DNA of 64,000 nt from Saccostrea echinata (taxonomy: Eukaryota), in NCBI RefSeq assembly GCF_033153115.1, contig NW_026889750.1:9300001-9364000 (forward strand), written 5' to 3'. The translations under genes and the position numbers were made by a program. The notes beneath the pieces are model-generated. The model searched no databases and was not told where the DNA came from. It saw only the letters and a list, made by a program, of their open reading frames with translations. Positions within the stretch are counted from its first letter, which is position 1. Each line of letters opens with the position of its first letter. Below, piece by piece: positions 13,208-26,957 of this stretch.

Positions 13208-14075
13208 GCAAATAACTTCTTATATTTCAAAGCTTAAAATTGATTATGCAGTAATATAATGAAATCTCAGAAAATGAATTGCAATTGTTATACAATATAT
13301 TTTTTTTTTAATTTTGATAATCATAGTTTGATTGAAATACTAAATAGAATATATTCATAGNNNNNNNNNNNNNNNNNNNNNNNNNNNNNNNNNNNNNNNN
13401 NNNNNNNNNNNNNNNNNNNNNNNNNNNNNNNNNNNNNNNNNNNNNNNNNNNNNNNNNNNNNNNNNNNNNNNNNNNNNNNNNNNNNNNNNNTAATTTATTA
13501 CATGATTACCGATACCTACATTGACATACATAACCATTCCGATTGAAGCAATGCATATCATTTCACTTAAAGTTTGTGCCATACATCTTAAGGTATTTCC
13601 ACCCTCATGAATTTATGGGTTCAAAATAGAAAAACTGCATTTATTTTCACTGAATATAGTTTAAATTAATTAATAATCACCAAAAATGTATAGGTTGCCA
13701 TATTTGTTAAGACGTAAGGCATACATACATGCAGATTTCGTTATTTCCGTGGTCGTTGGGTACACCTGCAGAAAATATTCGATATCTTAACAATATCGCC
13801 TCACCAATTTCATATTTCTTATGGTTCATTCATTCAATTGTTGCTGGGTGTATCCTATTATACATATGGGCCAGTGACATACTTTGCGTGATTTGTATGA
13901 TCATATAATTCCGTATGCTTGTCAACCCTATGTGTATATTTTGTCTTAGCAATAATGAAATAAATATTATCCGCACTATTTGAACCAAAGCTTTGGGAAA
14001 ACATGACTGGGTCTCATTTCAAAATGCGCGGAAAACAGGTATTGGTGTGTATTGATATTTTGAGTTTCGAACATA

Positions 14076-14524
14076 CGAGGGGTGATCAAAAAGTTAGCGA
14101 ACTAATTGAATAACTTCCATAAAAGAAATGAAATTAGGTTTTAGTGTTCATTATTTTTTAAAGTAGTCCTCTCCGATTTAAATGCACATCTGCCACAGTT
14201 CTGCTCATGCGCAAATCACGTGATACAGACGGTCACGTGACGTGCCCCGAAGCGTTCCGTTCACAGGATGTAAAGATTTTTTGAGTCTTATATTTCTTAC
14301 CATGCAAGTAATTTTTTATAACAAGAACAGTCAACTTGTCAAAAATGGCCAAATCTCGGCAATAGGATGGGTGTATAAGGATATCCTTTCCCGGAATGAG
14401 CATGGTGACCATCGCAACCCACATAGAACACATGTATGACTATATGTGTGCCAAATTTCATTCTGATCTGAATTGTGGTTTTGAAAATATAGAGATAGTT
14501 CGCGAACTTTTTGATCACCCCTCG
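14076..14524. mobile_element. Mariner-type MITE
   Basis: TIR CGAGGGGTGATCAAAAAGTT(A/C)GCGAACTA at both ends; TA on both flanks. Confidence 0.9.
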
Positions 14525-17500
14525 TACTTCTGAATATTTTGAAAGGGAGAAAAATAAATCATATTTTGCTAGCTGTACGTCTAAAAATTAAAGATTTTAA
14601 ATAAAGCCTGGATGATGAATCTTAAAATCGAGTGTGTTTCAAAATATTTTCACTAAAGAGAGGATTTTTTTTAAAATCTCCCATTTCCTTTTCTTTTTAA
14701 AGATTGTCCTCATATTCTAATATTTAAGTCCTTAATTCATGATAGTAACACATTGTTATTAAAGCTGGCATAGTAAACGCAGAATCAAGTCTTACCCGGA
14801 GCCCAGTTTGTTGGGCCAATGATAGAAGTCTCATCTATCCAAGAAAACTCACCGTCACATGATCTCCTGCCTCCAACATGACAGTTTCCCTAAGAAGATT
14901 TTCTGTAGAAATAATAACGAGTGAACCATAGTTAAGTTTGCATTATTCCAAAATGGAATGTTCTGTTGTAAAATTGATGCACACAACGAATGGAATGTGA
15001 AATTCTGAAGAAAAAAAACACGATATATGAAAATATAAGGCGCAGCACGGTGAAAATATATTGGCTTTAAAAAGAACGCGTCCTTGTTAAATTCTATCTG
15101 GTGATCAATCGATCTTGAAGCATTACATGTATAAATACATATATTTAAATGACATGTATGATAACTTTATTATTAATTAAATTACATTTTTTAATTGATA
15201 CATCAAACGCATAATGAAATTAAAACTGATACTCAAATTATTTTTAGCCCACTAAACACACATAATATCCATATTTTATTTACAAAATTGTTTTCAAGCA
15301 CCGTTTACTGGTATTTGTACATTGTTTAAAACGTATAACAGGAAGGTTCCACTATTCAAGGGGGGGGGGGGAGGACTGAGAATGCCATAGCCCCACTACA
15401 TATGTAATTATTTTATTCAAAGGGGAAAAAAGAGTAAAATTTCATGGTAGAGTGTCCGGCTTTTTTAATGTTTTTATTTAAAGTAATTCCGAATCGCTTC
15501 TTTTTCACGTTATCTTCTTACTGACGATTGAGTTTGTTTTTTTTTAAATTTAAACAATACTTACCAATTACAGAATTTTAATTGATTGTTATTCTTCGAA
15601 GTATACATTCGTTAGAGATCCTGTTATACTTGTAATTGTAGTTACATGTAATGGTATACTTACTAACAATAAAGTTTCCATCTCTAAATGAATGCACAGT
15701 CGCTAATGTTCCACCATGATTTTCACATTGCTTTTCTGCCTCAAACCAGGTTACTTTTGCTTCTTCAAACAAATAAGCAAGTCCGTTGTCTGGACGAGTT
15801 TCCCATCGGCACAATATTCCAGTGATGGAAAACCATATATCTTTGAATATACATAATTATCAAAGAAAAATTAGAGAGAGGGAGAAAAAAAAGAGAAAGC
15901 GAGACACAGAGAGTACGTACTAAATGCTGTTAAGGGTCTCCTGTGTTTCATTTTTAAGCGGTATTAAATTCACAAGCCCTGAATTTATGCATCTACATTT
16001 CAGACTTGCGAATAGCAAATTTATTTACGTTAATACAGAATTAACGTTAACCGTTTCACAATGCAATCAGTTTGAAGAGATATCCCTTAAAATAAAGCAA
16101 AATTCAGAACAAAGTCTCGTGAATAGTTAAGCAAATAATTGAGTTACTCTATCAAAGACATAAAATGGATTTGATCGTATATAACGTATAAAACATAATT
16201 GATTTTTTAGATACCGGGTGATTTGCCTATTTAAAGAAGTTTTGATACGACGCGGAACAAAAAGGCGGAAAAAGCAAAATAGCCTGAAATGATAACTTTT
16301 GATACATTATAATCTTCAACTAATCCTAACTTCATTTTGGTAAGAACTTCAATGTTTTTCTGAAATTATCATTATGCTAGAGTGTAAGGTGTAGAGTTTA
16401 AAATGCTATTTATACATTTTAACTATAGATTGTTCTGAAATTTTACTACTAGTACAAATTATTAATGGAATTAGTAAATAGGATATTTTATGATTTGCTT
16501 TTGCTTAGAATTGACCATATTATGAAATTCGCCCTTGAAATTTTAAATCTAGATTTTTTTTATTAAATTTTAAAACCTATTTAATTTTGATCTTTTAATG
16601 AACTTTCGAAATCTTTTCTTCTTTTTTTTTTTTTTTTTTTTTTAAATTATTTGATCATATACATGTGATTAGGTTAAATATAAATATGTTTTGGGTTGAT
16701 TACTACAAGACACACAAAGGNNNNNNNNNNNNNNNNNNNNNNNNNNNNNNNNNNNNNNNNNNNNNNNNNNNNNNNNNNNNNNNNNNNNNNNNNNNNNNNN
16801 NNNNNNNNNNNNNNNNNNNNNNNNNNNNNNNNNNNNNNNNNNNNNNNNNNNNNNNNNNNNNNNNNNNNNATTTTTTGTAGTTGGTATAGAATTTATTTCG
16901 CATTTATGATAATGAAAAATATGTCTTACTTGTGAAATAAATTCTATAACAACTACCAAATCATTGAATTTTCTGTTTATTACATTCTCTTTGATTTTCC
17001 TTTAGTTCATAGTCTTCATTAAAATTCAAAGCAATATCAATCGTCATGAATGTAAATATATAAGTTTACTTCACAATTGGTCTATTCATGATAACAAGAA
17101 GTGCTTTTGAGGAAAGGGATTTTGTGGAGCTGTAAGTTTTGTCAAAGTTTTGTCAAAACTCGGCAATTATTTGTTAATATTTAGAACTACTTGGTGGTAA
17201 AAATAAAATATTCTAAGATAATTTTCTGATTTAAAACCCTTGAATTCCATGAGCTTCCAGCGTCCACGACCCTGCCCTGGACCCGCTGGGGGCCTCAAGG
17301 CGACCCCAGACCCCTTGCCTTTTTGGAATACATTTCTTGTGCTAGCTACGCAACTATAATACCATCGATATGATTGAGTGAGTCTGAAACCCACCATCAA
17401 AATATCATATCCTTAGATGTCTTGAATTTGTTCATAATTGACCAAATCAAGTTCAGAATATCGAAGTCTGACTGTACTTTTATACGCATTATCCTTCCAG

Positions 17501-17838
17501 GGCGGGATATATGACTTTTCTCTAGTGTTCTTAAAAATTTAAATAATGTGTATACATGTAATATATAATATATAGTTGACTTAATATCCCTGATATTCTA
17601 GATGGCATTTCTGTGAATTAATATCCTTGATATTCTAGATGGCATTTCTGTTGATTAATATCATAAGTTCCCGCCATCATTTTGAAAATATCAATTGTAC
17701 ACAAATAATTTGTTTAAAGACTTATAGAACAGACAAACAAAACATCATTATTTTATTTCCTACTATATTAGTAACATTTCTTCAGAGTGCAAAACAGATT
17801 CAATCAAGAATATTATTGTCGTAGCATACAGTGAACTG

Positions 17839-18105
17839 TACGGAAGCCGGTTGGTGCTAGGTAGAAAAAATATTTTATCTGGCTGCCGCAAAATAATTTT
17901 CTGGCGGCCGCCATATAATTTCTGGCGACTGCCAGATTAATATTTGACGGCCGCCATATAATTTTCTGGCGACATGTAGATAAATAGATCTGGCGGCCGC
18001 CAGAAGGTTGACTGGCGGCCGCCAGATAAGTTTCTTATTATGTATGTGGCGGCCGCCAGGAACTTATAAGAATATTTTTCTACCTGGCACCTATCGGCTT
18101 CCGTA
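17839..18105. mobile_element. IS3EU-like MITE (TAYGG..CCRTA termini, 6-bp TSD)
   Basis: TIR TACGGAAGCCG..GGTGC(T/C)AGGTAGAAAAA; TSD GAACTG at 17833-38 and 18106-11; internal repeated palindrome TGGCGGCCGCCA. Confidence 0.8.
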
Positions 18106-18126
18106 GAACTGCCATAGCTAAAGTGC

Positions 18127-18172
<46 letters not shown>

Positions 18173-18377
18173 AGTAGTTGTGTTGATGTACAAATCCAAT
18201 GCTAACATTCCGGTTTAGATCCCGTTTCGTTCGAATCAATAATATGCTTCTGGTGTAGTCTGGCTTCATTTTAAACGAACATTTAAACAAGGCGCGGGGG
18301 GGGGGGGGGTTGTCTCCTAGGCCCCTGGCTCATGGCTTCTTAAAAATTCATCCTCCCTGGACATGTGTGTCATACAT

Positions 18378-21300
18378 TCACAGAAGATGTCTGTAGTTTG
18401 GATTGACTTCTAGTTGGCACTCAGGACACGGGTAATCTCGAGTTAAGAACGGTTCATACCTAAAACAAAGAAGATATATGACAAAACAATATCAAATTAT
18501 GCATATTTTTTGCACTACTAAAGCCTTTTTTCAATGTAATTTGATATTCAAAACGTCATTTGATTGGATTGACCAGCATGAATATATTTCCCAAACTATC
18601 AAGAATTAAGGTACACATGTATACTAACTACTTTCAAAATACGTATATTACCAGAAGTTTATAGCTAGATTCCTTCCTGCAGTTATATTAGGAAAGGACT
18701 GAACTTCATGCCACCAAAAGGAGGGCAAGTACAGAACATCACCTTCCTCTATGGTGCAGTTCATGGGGTAGGTTTCTCCAAACAATGGAAATCTCTGCCA
18801 AATGAAATAACGGAACATTTTAAAAATACATGTACACAAGGTTGTAAGACAAAGATTAAAAATGAAACGGCCATTTTTTATCTTTATTTTTTTTATTATT
18901 ATTATTATTTATTTTTTTATTTATTATTTATTTCCTTTTTTTCATATATACATATTTTTATTTTTTTTTTTATATTTATTTATTTATCTATCTATCTATT
19001 TGCAAATTAGTTAATTTAACAGGAAGGAAAATCTCATTTGCCCTCCAAAAGGGTGGCACGCAGATTGAGGTTTGGCGCAGTGGTTAGAGCGTAGTAAGGA
19101 GTTGATCCGTACGTCGTGGGTTCGAATTACCACTGTGGGACGTGGAGACCGGTCCTTCGGATGAGACCGTATAAACCGAGGTCCTCCCGTGTCGCAGTAG
19201 GTGCTGGCACGAAAAAGATCCCTCACTGCTCAATGGCCCTAAGTGCCGAGTATAGGTCAAAATTTGCAGCTCTCCACCGGCAAGTGGTGGCGTCTCCATA
19301 CGAGTGAAAAATTTCGAGAGGGACGTTAAACAATAAAGAAACAAACAAACAGATTGAGTTTTAATATTGAAAAAAAAAGGATTTCAAATAAAAGATAGTA
19401 TGATCATAAAGCAAAAGTCTTTAATATTCGGATTTTTTCCATTTAAATTGCTTTTATTACACAATATTCATTATTTCTAGGAATACATTTTACTCTTTTC
19501 CAGAAGTAAACAAAAAACATCAATCAATATTGTTCACCTGATAAATAAAAACATATGTACAATTTGATTTCACAAACATTGTCCAGGTAAAAATCTTTGA
19601 GAAGCAACATAGAATTTGTGCATGAAGTTTTTCAAACAATAATGTACATGTATTTAATAAATTCAATGTTCATTAAAGGATGGAATTCCAAATAGTTTTA
19701 TGGGGAAAATGCAACCTGCTGGTGTTTGAGCAATAACTCAATATGAAATGGCGTATTGTTTCATCCAGACATCATATACTTACTGTATAATTGGGGTTTG
19801 TGATGTCCAAGGGAGAAAATACCTGAACCGTAGTGTCTTTCAAATATAGTCTTTGAAATGACTTCGAAGTAAAATTATACGACATGCTAGCTTCTTGGAT
19901 GTGACCTTCATACAATTGATGATTGTTGTGAGGATCGAATAAAATAACCTGCTTTCTGCCACTTATCTAGAAAATGTACAAAATAGAATATTATAATTAA
20001 TTATTATAGTTGTTATGTTCTCTTGTTTTCCATTAAAATAGACCACAAAAAAAAAAAAAAAAAAAGAAATTCATGTACATGTACCTTTCACCATTCATGA
20101 GTATTGTGTGAATTGAATTTATGAAGACAACATTTTTGGAAATTTAAATTTACACATTATGAATTTAACGTCATTCACTCTCTTTCTAACTAACGTAGCG
20201 CAAGAAAAAAATCTTTTCAAGAAATAATACATCTTATTCGTTGCAATATCAAGAAGATAAGTCTGGCAGCTATTTGACGTCCATACTTAAACTTGGACTA
20301 TACAGAAATACTTAGTTTTACCTGACAAAGAAAATTATCATATGCATCAAAATGCAATTTTCCAAGAGTTCTTCCATCGCTGAGCCAAATATTCAGCATC
20401 TCCTTTTTTAAGAGGCCCTTGAAGAGCATTTCTTCTCGAATGTCTTTTTCCAATTCTGGCAGATACTGAGGAATTGAGGCGTATTGTAAATACGCAGACA
20501 TATTATCAATGGACCCATTAGAGATTCCATCCAAAATGTCCATAAAAACAGAAAGATTTCTTTTTTCAATAGCCGGATTTACCATTACTAGATCAGGTGA
20601 GGGGATCTGATCGGCACAAGATCGAGAAAGCTTGAAATTTTCACGATTTTCCCAAATATTTATAGGTTCGATTCTTTCAAATTCATTATGTGGTGTTAGC
20701 TGGAACGTAACTTCGTGTTCGCCAAATTTTTCTCGTAAGTACTTGTTTGTCCATTTCGTAAATGCTGGCCATTCTTCTAAAACTCTTTTGAATATTACAG
20801 GTCTGGACTTTTTCAAATATTTGCGAAAAAAATCATCACGTGTTGGAAGGGGGATTCTCTCGCATTCGGGTAGTCTTGGGATATCATGAACATGCAAATT
20901 ACGATCAGAAAAACAAACTTTATCACTTTCAGAACACTTTTGCAAAAATACATCTTTTGACTGGACATAAGAAACATTTTTAACGTAAAATTTCGATCGC
21001 AGAATTTCTTTACGATGAAGGCCTTGTTTAGATAAACCACCAGTGGCATTAAGAAACGCATTACAACCCTGATTTATAAAGTCTGTCAGCTTTTCAATGT
21101 GAAATATGCCTTTATAAACAAAAGGAACGATACTTCGAGATTGCGGAATAGAATATAATTCTTGTTTATCTTTTTGTATTTTCTCGAACAACACCACACT
21201 CCCAATGTGAACACATGTAGTTTCATCATATTGTCTAGAAACTTTAGTCCCATCGGGCAACGTATCATTTATATCAATAAATCCAATCAGGATTCCTTGA

Positions 21301-21536
21301 TCATTGTTTATCAGCAGGTTTCGCAGATACTGAAAAAGTTTATACTCATTAGATAACTCAGCAACACTGCATCCACCAGTCACATAAGCAACAATGCATG
21401 AAGACTTCGCTCTTCTTAACACAAAATCTAGCGAGAAGCATCCTGATAGTGCATACACACAAGAAATGAGATTCAAAATGCACAATAGTATAAATGTGAC
21501 CTTAACGAATATCCATTTCTCAAACTGACGTCTCAT
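18378..21536 (-). CDS. JmjC (cupin-8, JMJD7/TYW5/FIH-like) oxygenase with signal peptide, copy C, 540 aa
   Basis: Exons 21536-20322, 19966-19784, 18794-18652 and 18459-18378 splice in frame. Fe ligands LHFD and WWHEV, 2OG lysine in SGRKQ; C-terminus YPCPECQLEVNPNYRHLL*. Confidence 0.9.
19070..19349 (+). mobile_element. tRNA-derived SINE, full length
   Basis: A box TGGCGCAGTGG, B box GGTTCGAAT, (AAAC)n tail; TSD CAGATTGAG at 19061-69 and 19350-58. Confidence 0.9.
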
Positions 21537-21994
21537 TATGAACCAATATTAATGAGTAAAATTTCTGTAAACATTCAGTGAAGCAATTTTAAAATTGTTT
21601 TAGAATACTGGTTTGGAAAAGGTTCAGTTTAGTACATGTATTGGTCTTTTCAATTATGAACAAGTTCCTGTTTAATTAGTGAACTTAGCACACCTGTTTT
21701 AGAACGCATATATTCCCAGGAAAACTGGTGCTACAACTACTGTTTATTCCTTAAATCGATTTCTAATGTTGTTTCAAGAACCAGTTCAGTTATTAAAACA
21801 CTTCATTTTTTTTCTCCAGAAACTTTGCCGTATGAATGGCGTTTTTTTAAAGTTTCATTTGAACAAAATAAGCATGACCTTTGAACTTAATAATGTCTAC
21901 AAGATCAAACAAATCGTTGAACAATAAGTCTAAATATTTATTTCACGAATATTAAAGATACAATAGATATATATTTTATATGATTTACTGTTAC

Positions 21995-24160
21995 AGTTTC
22001 AGTGTCAGTATTTGGGGTTCCCATCAAGCATTCAGGGCAAGGATATTCTGTCACAAAAAATGGATCGTATCTGTAGAGTAAAAATTGTTATTTTTCCAAT
22101 GTTCAATTTTTTTATCAATAAAATAAACTTCTCAAGCTGTATCAATTGAAGAACCATGCACGCCTACTCTCGATTCCCGCGTACATTTTACACCCATATA
22201 ATTCAATATAAATGGCAATGTGACCATTAAAACTTGTTTGAATACAAAGAAGACTTCATTATTAATTGATTTATAATTTTAAAACTAGTGTCAAAAACTT
22301 CATTACTCCTATTTACTACTCTTTTCATAAGGGGGGTTGAAAATTTTATCCATTGAAATCAGGCTTCAAATACGCATGAAAATGGATAAATGACTCTTAA
22401 ACCTTTCCGTATGTTTAACTTATGTAAGATTTAACAAAAAGATTGATAAAGTACATTATTTTATTTGTAATCTCCATTGAAATTTGTAATAAAATGACCA
22501 TTTTAGCAGGTTTTTGACTGTAAACATATCCCCCCCCCCCTTGAAACAACGAAGCTTTGGTATGAATTGTGAAATAACAATTCATGAAACCCATAAAAAG
22601 GAATTTTTGTTTCATTGGGGGGGGGGGGGGGGAGATGTTTTAAAAATATTTTCCGTTTTCCGTTATTTCTATAGTGAAAAAACGCAATTTGTGCCAAAAT
22701 TATAGAGTTATCTCTCTTTGTATTACCAAATAAGTTATGTTTCATGAAAATTCACTTAAATATCTAAATAAATATGAAAAATCATTCAAATATGTTAACT
22801 TTTGAAATTTGACTTGGAGGTAGGCGACAGGACAATACTGTCGTTCGCAGTTCTTTCCACAGGCCTTTAGATCGCTTTTTGAAAAAAAAATTAAGGTGTT
22901 AAAAAAATACACCTCATTTTTTAAAAGTCGAATTTAAGCGATTCAAAGGCCTGTGGTTCTTTCATAACCTTAAAAAATTGGCGCCTCAAGCTATACCTTC
23001 AATATTGATTTATTGACATATCAACTACCCTTAATACCTCTACATTAACAAAAGGTTTAAGAACTGAAATGGTTATTTTCTTCATGTTATAAAGTAGATT
23101 CCACATATTAAGTTTTTTTTATATCTGAATTGTGCTTCTTGAGAAGGATTTTTAATGACTTCATCCAATGTTCAGCATTTCTTTATCATCTACTCTTTGA
23201 AAAGAGATTTGAAAGTTAAAGGCATAACGTAAATGTCACACAATAATTGACCAAATCGGACAGCAACAGGTTACCTGGGTGTCTATGGTGACCTATCAAA
23301 GCAAATGAAATGTGAAACAATTAAGTCTGCAAATTTAAAAAATACCAATGCCTAGGGATTCAAAGAAACACAATCTTGATCAGTATCAGGAATCTGGTCA
23401 ATGGTTCAGGTCCATTAGCCGCATTCTTATGAAACACTGGGGCTGAGTATAATTCTGACCACTATTTTTTTTCAACTAGGACTACTAGGATACATATAAA
23501 CAGATTTGAAAAAAAAATATAACCTAAAAGGTTATCAACTCTATTCTTCAATCGTCTTTCCTTAAAATGCAAGGTATGCTTTCATTTTGATAAATGTTTT
23601 TTCTACACACAAAAAAGCATTTCATCATTCCACCATCCCATACCCGAAGATGTATCACCTGACAAAATGCTTTGTATGATCAAGTTACAATTTAATTACG
23701 TAAGTGATTTTAAAAAGCCAAACTACGGTTACAGTAACTTACTTTTATCTTGCAACACATCATCAACTGATGCTCCTTATCTGTGAAAGTGTTCGTGAAA
23801 AATGGGAATGACCCGGAACCTAGCTGGAACGAAATGAAAAGCTCAAAAAAGGACCAACATGTAGACACCAATGCAAATTGCCATTCCATAAAACTTCAGT
23901 AAATGGCAAAAAGCAAATCTATGGGTCAATCACATGATTTAGAGTACTGTATTTAGATAAGGCAGTGCTCTGTTCCTCTAGCTTGCAAGACTTTGTAAAC
24001 TTGTCTACAAACATTGTAAAAAGCTGTATTTGTAAAATAAAATAACCCACCAAAAGTTGATTGCAAGATTTCTCTCCGCTGTTCTGTTGGGAAATAACTG
24101 GACCTCATGCCACCCACGAAAGCATGTATCGGAAATTGTCTTCATCTATAGTACAGTAAA
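21995..24160 (-). pseudogene. JmjC remnant (copy A'): degenerate exons 3 and 4 only
   Basis: 24160-24051 matches exon 3 (..WHEVQLFPNRTAERNLAINFW, with the same GTGGGT donor as copy A). 22070-21995 encodes YDPFFVTEYPCPEC and then frameshifts. The intron aligns to intron 3 of copy A. Confidence 0.8.
22858..22955. mobile_element. 98-bp hairpin MITE, CACAGG..CCTGTG, 8-bp TSD
   Basis: Arms CACAGGCCTTT(AG/GA)ATCGCTT; perfect TSD GTTCTTTC. Confidence 0.85.
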
Positions 24161-25159
24161 TATCTTTTAAATGGTAAAACTTTTAAACTAATGATATTTT
24201 TCTGAAACTTTAGATAATGTATTAAGTTAAACATTGAAAGCACTACACATGCACAGTCTATGAAATGCGAGGATATTTTCAAAGTAATGTATATGCCCTC
24301 CATAATCAACGATCTGCGTCTTCTTTCAAAATATTTCCATGCTTTTGATCTTTGGGCGACATGCATCTTATTTAATCATGTACAGGTGTCTCGCACAGGT
24401 TTAAAGTAACTTTAAACAAGACTTCAAAAGTATAAACACACCACAGGCAAATAAAAGCAATCACTTACACAATTACAGAAACTGTGAAAATTAATCAAAA
24501 CAAAGCTGAATCATATAAGTGAGAAAGCCTAGATAAAATTTAACAGCTATATATACGGTAAAATAAAGTTGGGGAGGTGTTAGAAAACATTTTAAAATCA
24601 ATTTAAGTTACTTATTTTATTTGATACTAATAAAAGGAACTACTTACTTCACAAGATCTGACAGAGAAATAAGAAAAACAATAAAAATTGGTTTGAATTA
24701 ATATCACTAACTCAACTTTGTGCTTTTTAGTAAGAATAAAAAGCAGTTTAATACTGTACTGACACTTACAACCATTTTTTTTTATTTGTAGTGCATTTGC
24801 AGGCATTTTGCTGTGTATCTGTGATGAGATAATACCTTTCACTATATCTTATCTGCGAACGATTTAGTCATATCAAACATTCAATTATTTAGAACATTTC
24901 TCAAAAGAGAATACCGGTAAAATGTTCATAATGAAAATACTATTAAGGAACATATATATTATTTCGGTATTGAAAGGAAAAATCTGTAAAACTAAACATT
25001 TTTGATAAATGATATCAGATTTCAGAATTTGGGTAAGATACAGCCTTGTTTATGTCATTGAAACCAAGGGTTCACTAAATAAAGGAATATCTTGGCATAA
25101 ATTTCAAATTAACAAGGGAAGTCAGCAAGCAGCTTTTTTACAAACAATGTAATGAAACA

Positions 25160-25455
25160 GGAGACGATAAAACTGATCTTTAAAAAAAAATCAACAAACA
25201 ATACAAATCTGTAAACATGACATAAAACATGGACACCTGGAAATGTTAGAAGTGGGATCAGGTGTCAGGAGGTGTAAGCATACCCTGTCGTGAATACCCG
25301 CCGTGAGCCCTATATGTATTGATCAGGCAGACGGATTATTCCGTAGTCAAATTTAGTATGAAAATTAAAAGCATAACAATTGTTATGAAACTCGTTACAA
25401 GACCAAATAATAGGGTATATTTGCTAAAAGGTCATTAAAACGACCATAGAATTTA
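25160..25455 (-). mobile_element. Penelope-like 3' fragment
   Basis: GTGGGATCAGGTGTCAGGAGGTGTAAGCATACCCTGTCG..ACCCGCCGTG is the reverse complement of the PLE 3' motif. Confidence 0.55.
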
Positions 25456-25482
25456 CGAACAATAATTTACGAAGTTAATCAG

Positions 25483-25516
<34 letters not shown>

Positions 25517-26698
25517 TAACTTTGGCCATGCTGTTCTTTACCAGATTTCCCTCCTTGTAATACCTATTGTGGCCCCGCCCTACCCCCTGGGGTCATGATT
25601 TGAACAACTCAGATTCTACACTACCCCAGGATGCTTCCAAATAAGTTTCAGTTTTTCTGGTCCAGCGGTTCTTGAAAAGAAGATTTATAAAGATTTTTCT
25701 TATATATTTCAATGTAAAACTTGGAATTCCCTATTGTGTTCCGCCCTACCCACGGGGGTCATGATTTGAACGATGGATGCTTCCACTTTAAGTTTCAGCT
25801 TTTCTAGCCCAGTGGTTCTTGAGAGGAAGAATTTAAAAGATTTTTCCTATATATTTCAATGTAAAACTTGGATTGCCTATTATGGCTCCGCCCTACCCCC
25901 GGGGGTTATGATTTGAACAATTTAGAATCTACACTACCCCAGGATGCTTCCACATAAGTTTCAGTTTTTCTGGCCCAGTTGTTCTTGAGAAGAAGATTTA
26001 TAAAGATTTTTCTTATATATTTCAATGTAAAACTTGGATTCCCTATTGTGGCCCCGCCCTACCCCCGGGGGTCATGATTTGAACAATTTAGAATCTACAC
26101 TACCCGAGGATGCTTTCATATAAGTTTCAGTATTTCTGGCCCAGTGGTTCTTGAGAAGAAGATTTTTTAAGATTTTTCCTATATACTTCTATGTAAAAAT
26201 TGGATTCCCTATTGTGGCCCCGCCCTACCCCCAGGGGTCATGATTTTTACAATTTAGATTCTACACTACCCCAGGATGCTTTCATATAAGTTTCAGCTTT
26301 TCTGGCCCAGTGGTTCTTGAGAAGAAGATTTTTAAAGATTTTTCTTATATATTTCAATGTAAAACTTGGATTCCCTATTGTGGCCCCGGCCTACCCCCGG
26401 GGGTCATGATTTTTACAATTTAGAATCTACACTATCCCAGGATGCTTCCACATAAGTTTCAGCTTTTCTTGCCCAGTGGTTCTTGAGAAGAAGTTTTTTT
26501 AATGACTCCACCATATTTTTGTCTTTTCTTGATTATCTCCCCTTGTAAGGGGACTTGGCCCTTTTGTTTTAAAAATTTACACTCCCCTTTACCCAAGGAT
26601 ACTTTGTACCAAGTTTGGTTAAAATTGGCCCAGTGGTTCTTGAGAAGAAGTTGAAAATGTGAAAAGTTTACAGACGGACGGACGGACGACGGACAACT

Positions 26699-26746
<48 letters not shown>
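25483..26746. mobile_element. Non-autonomous Helentron-type element (CvA/HINE) carrying ~6 x 166-bp Cg170-type satellite units
   Basis: Head ACAAGAGGCCCATGGGCCACATCGCTCACCTGAG; units TTGGATTCCCTATTGTGGCCCCGCCCTACCCC at ~166-bp spacing; (GACG)n microsatellite; terminal hairpin TGAGCTTTCAGCTCAGGTGAGCTAAAAA. Confidence 0.9.
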
Positions 26747-26747
<1 letters not shown>

Positions 26748-26957
26748 CTGAAGTCATCTTGTTTGTCATACAATTTAGTTATTAGTTGGCCCTTATCGTC
26801 TATATTCAGTAAAACATCCAAATACGAAACAAATGTGGCAGATCTAGACTATTTTGTATCTTTTATCTCGAGTTCACTTGGATATATTGAAACGACATAT
26901 GAATGGAAGCTACCATTGTTGATTGATAAAACGTCGCCGTTATATCTGAATGTCGAG

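Larger units (their letters stand above)
12701..15951 (-). pseudogene. C-type lectin + EGF gene, pseudogenised (may continue into the vWA exons)
   Basis: Exons: 15951-15921, 15840-15664 (CRWE..VTWFEAEKQCENHGGTLA), 14902-14796 (FSWIDETSIIGPTNWAPG, with in-frame TAG), 13766-~13530 (VPND..EIC..K*NDMHCFNRNGYVCQ; TATG duplication, TGA at the Trp position, TTAA-flanked insert at 13592-13706) and EGF exon 12814-12701 (CLSSPCMNNGTCTPRGLAYECEC). Confidence 0.8.

Noticed and set aside
13544-13546. In-frame TGA in the lectin as selenocysteine
   Set aside because: It replaces the conserved Trp of WND (TGG>TGA) in an exon that also has a frameshift and an insertion.
18378-18392. C-terminal RHLL as an ER-retrieval signal
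   Set aside because: Conserved in A, B and C but lacks the acidic residue of KDEL/HDEL-type motifs; cannot be supported from sequence alone.
19070-19140. tRNA gene
   Set aside because: A and B boxes are present but there is no clean cloverleaf; it continues into a SINE body with tail and TSD.
20632-21356. Antisense and alternate-frame ORFs over JmjC and myosin exons
   Set aside because: Shadows of real coding exons; no independent evidence.
25560-26500. Regular repeat array as a possible CRISPR
   Set aside because: Head-to-tail 166-bp units with no unique spacers and no cas genes, in a eukaryotic context; it is a satellite within a HINE.
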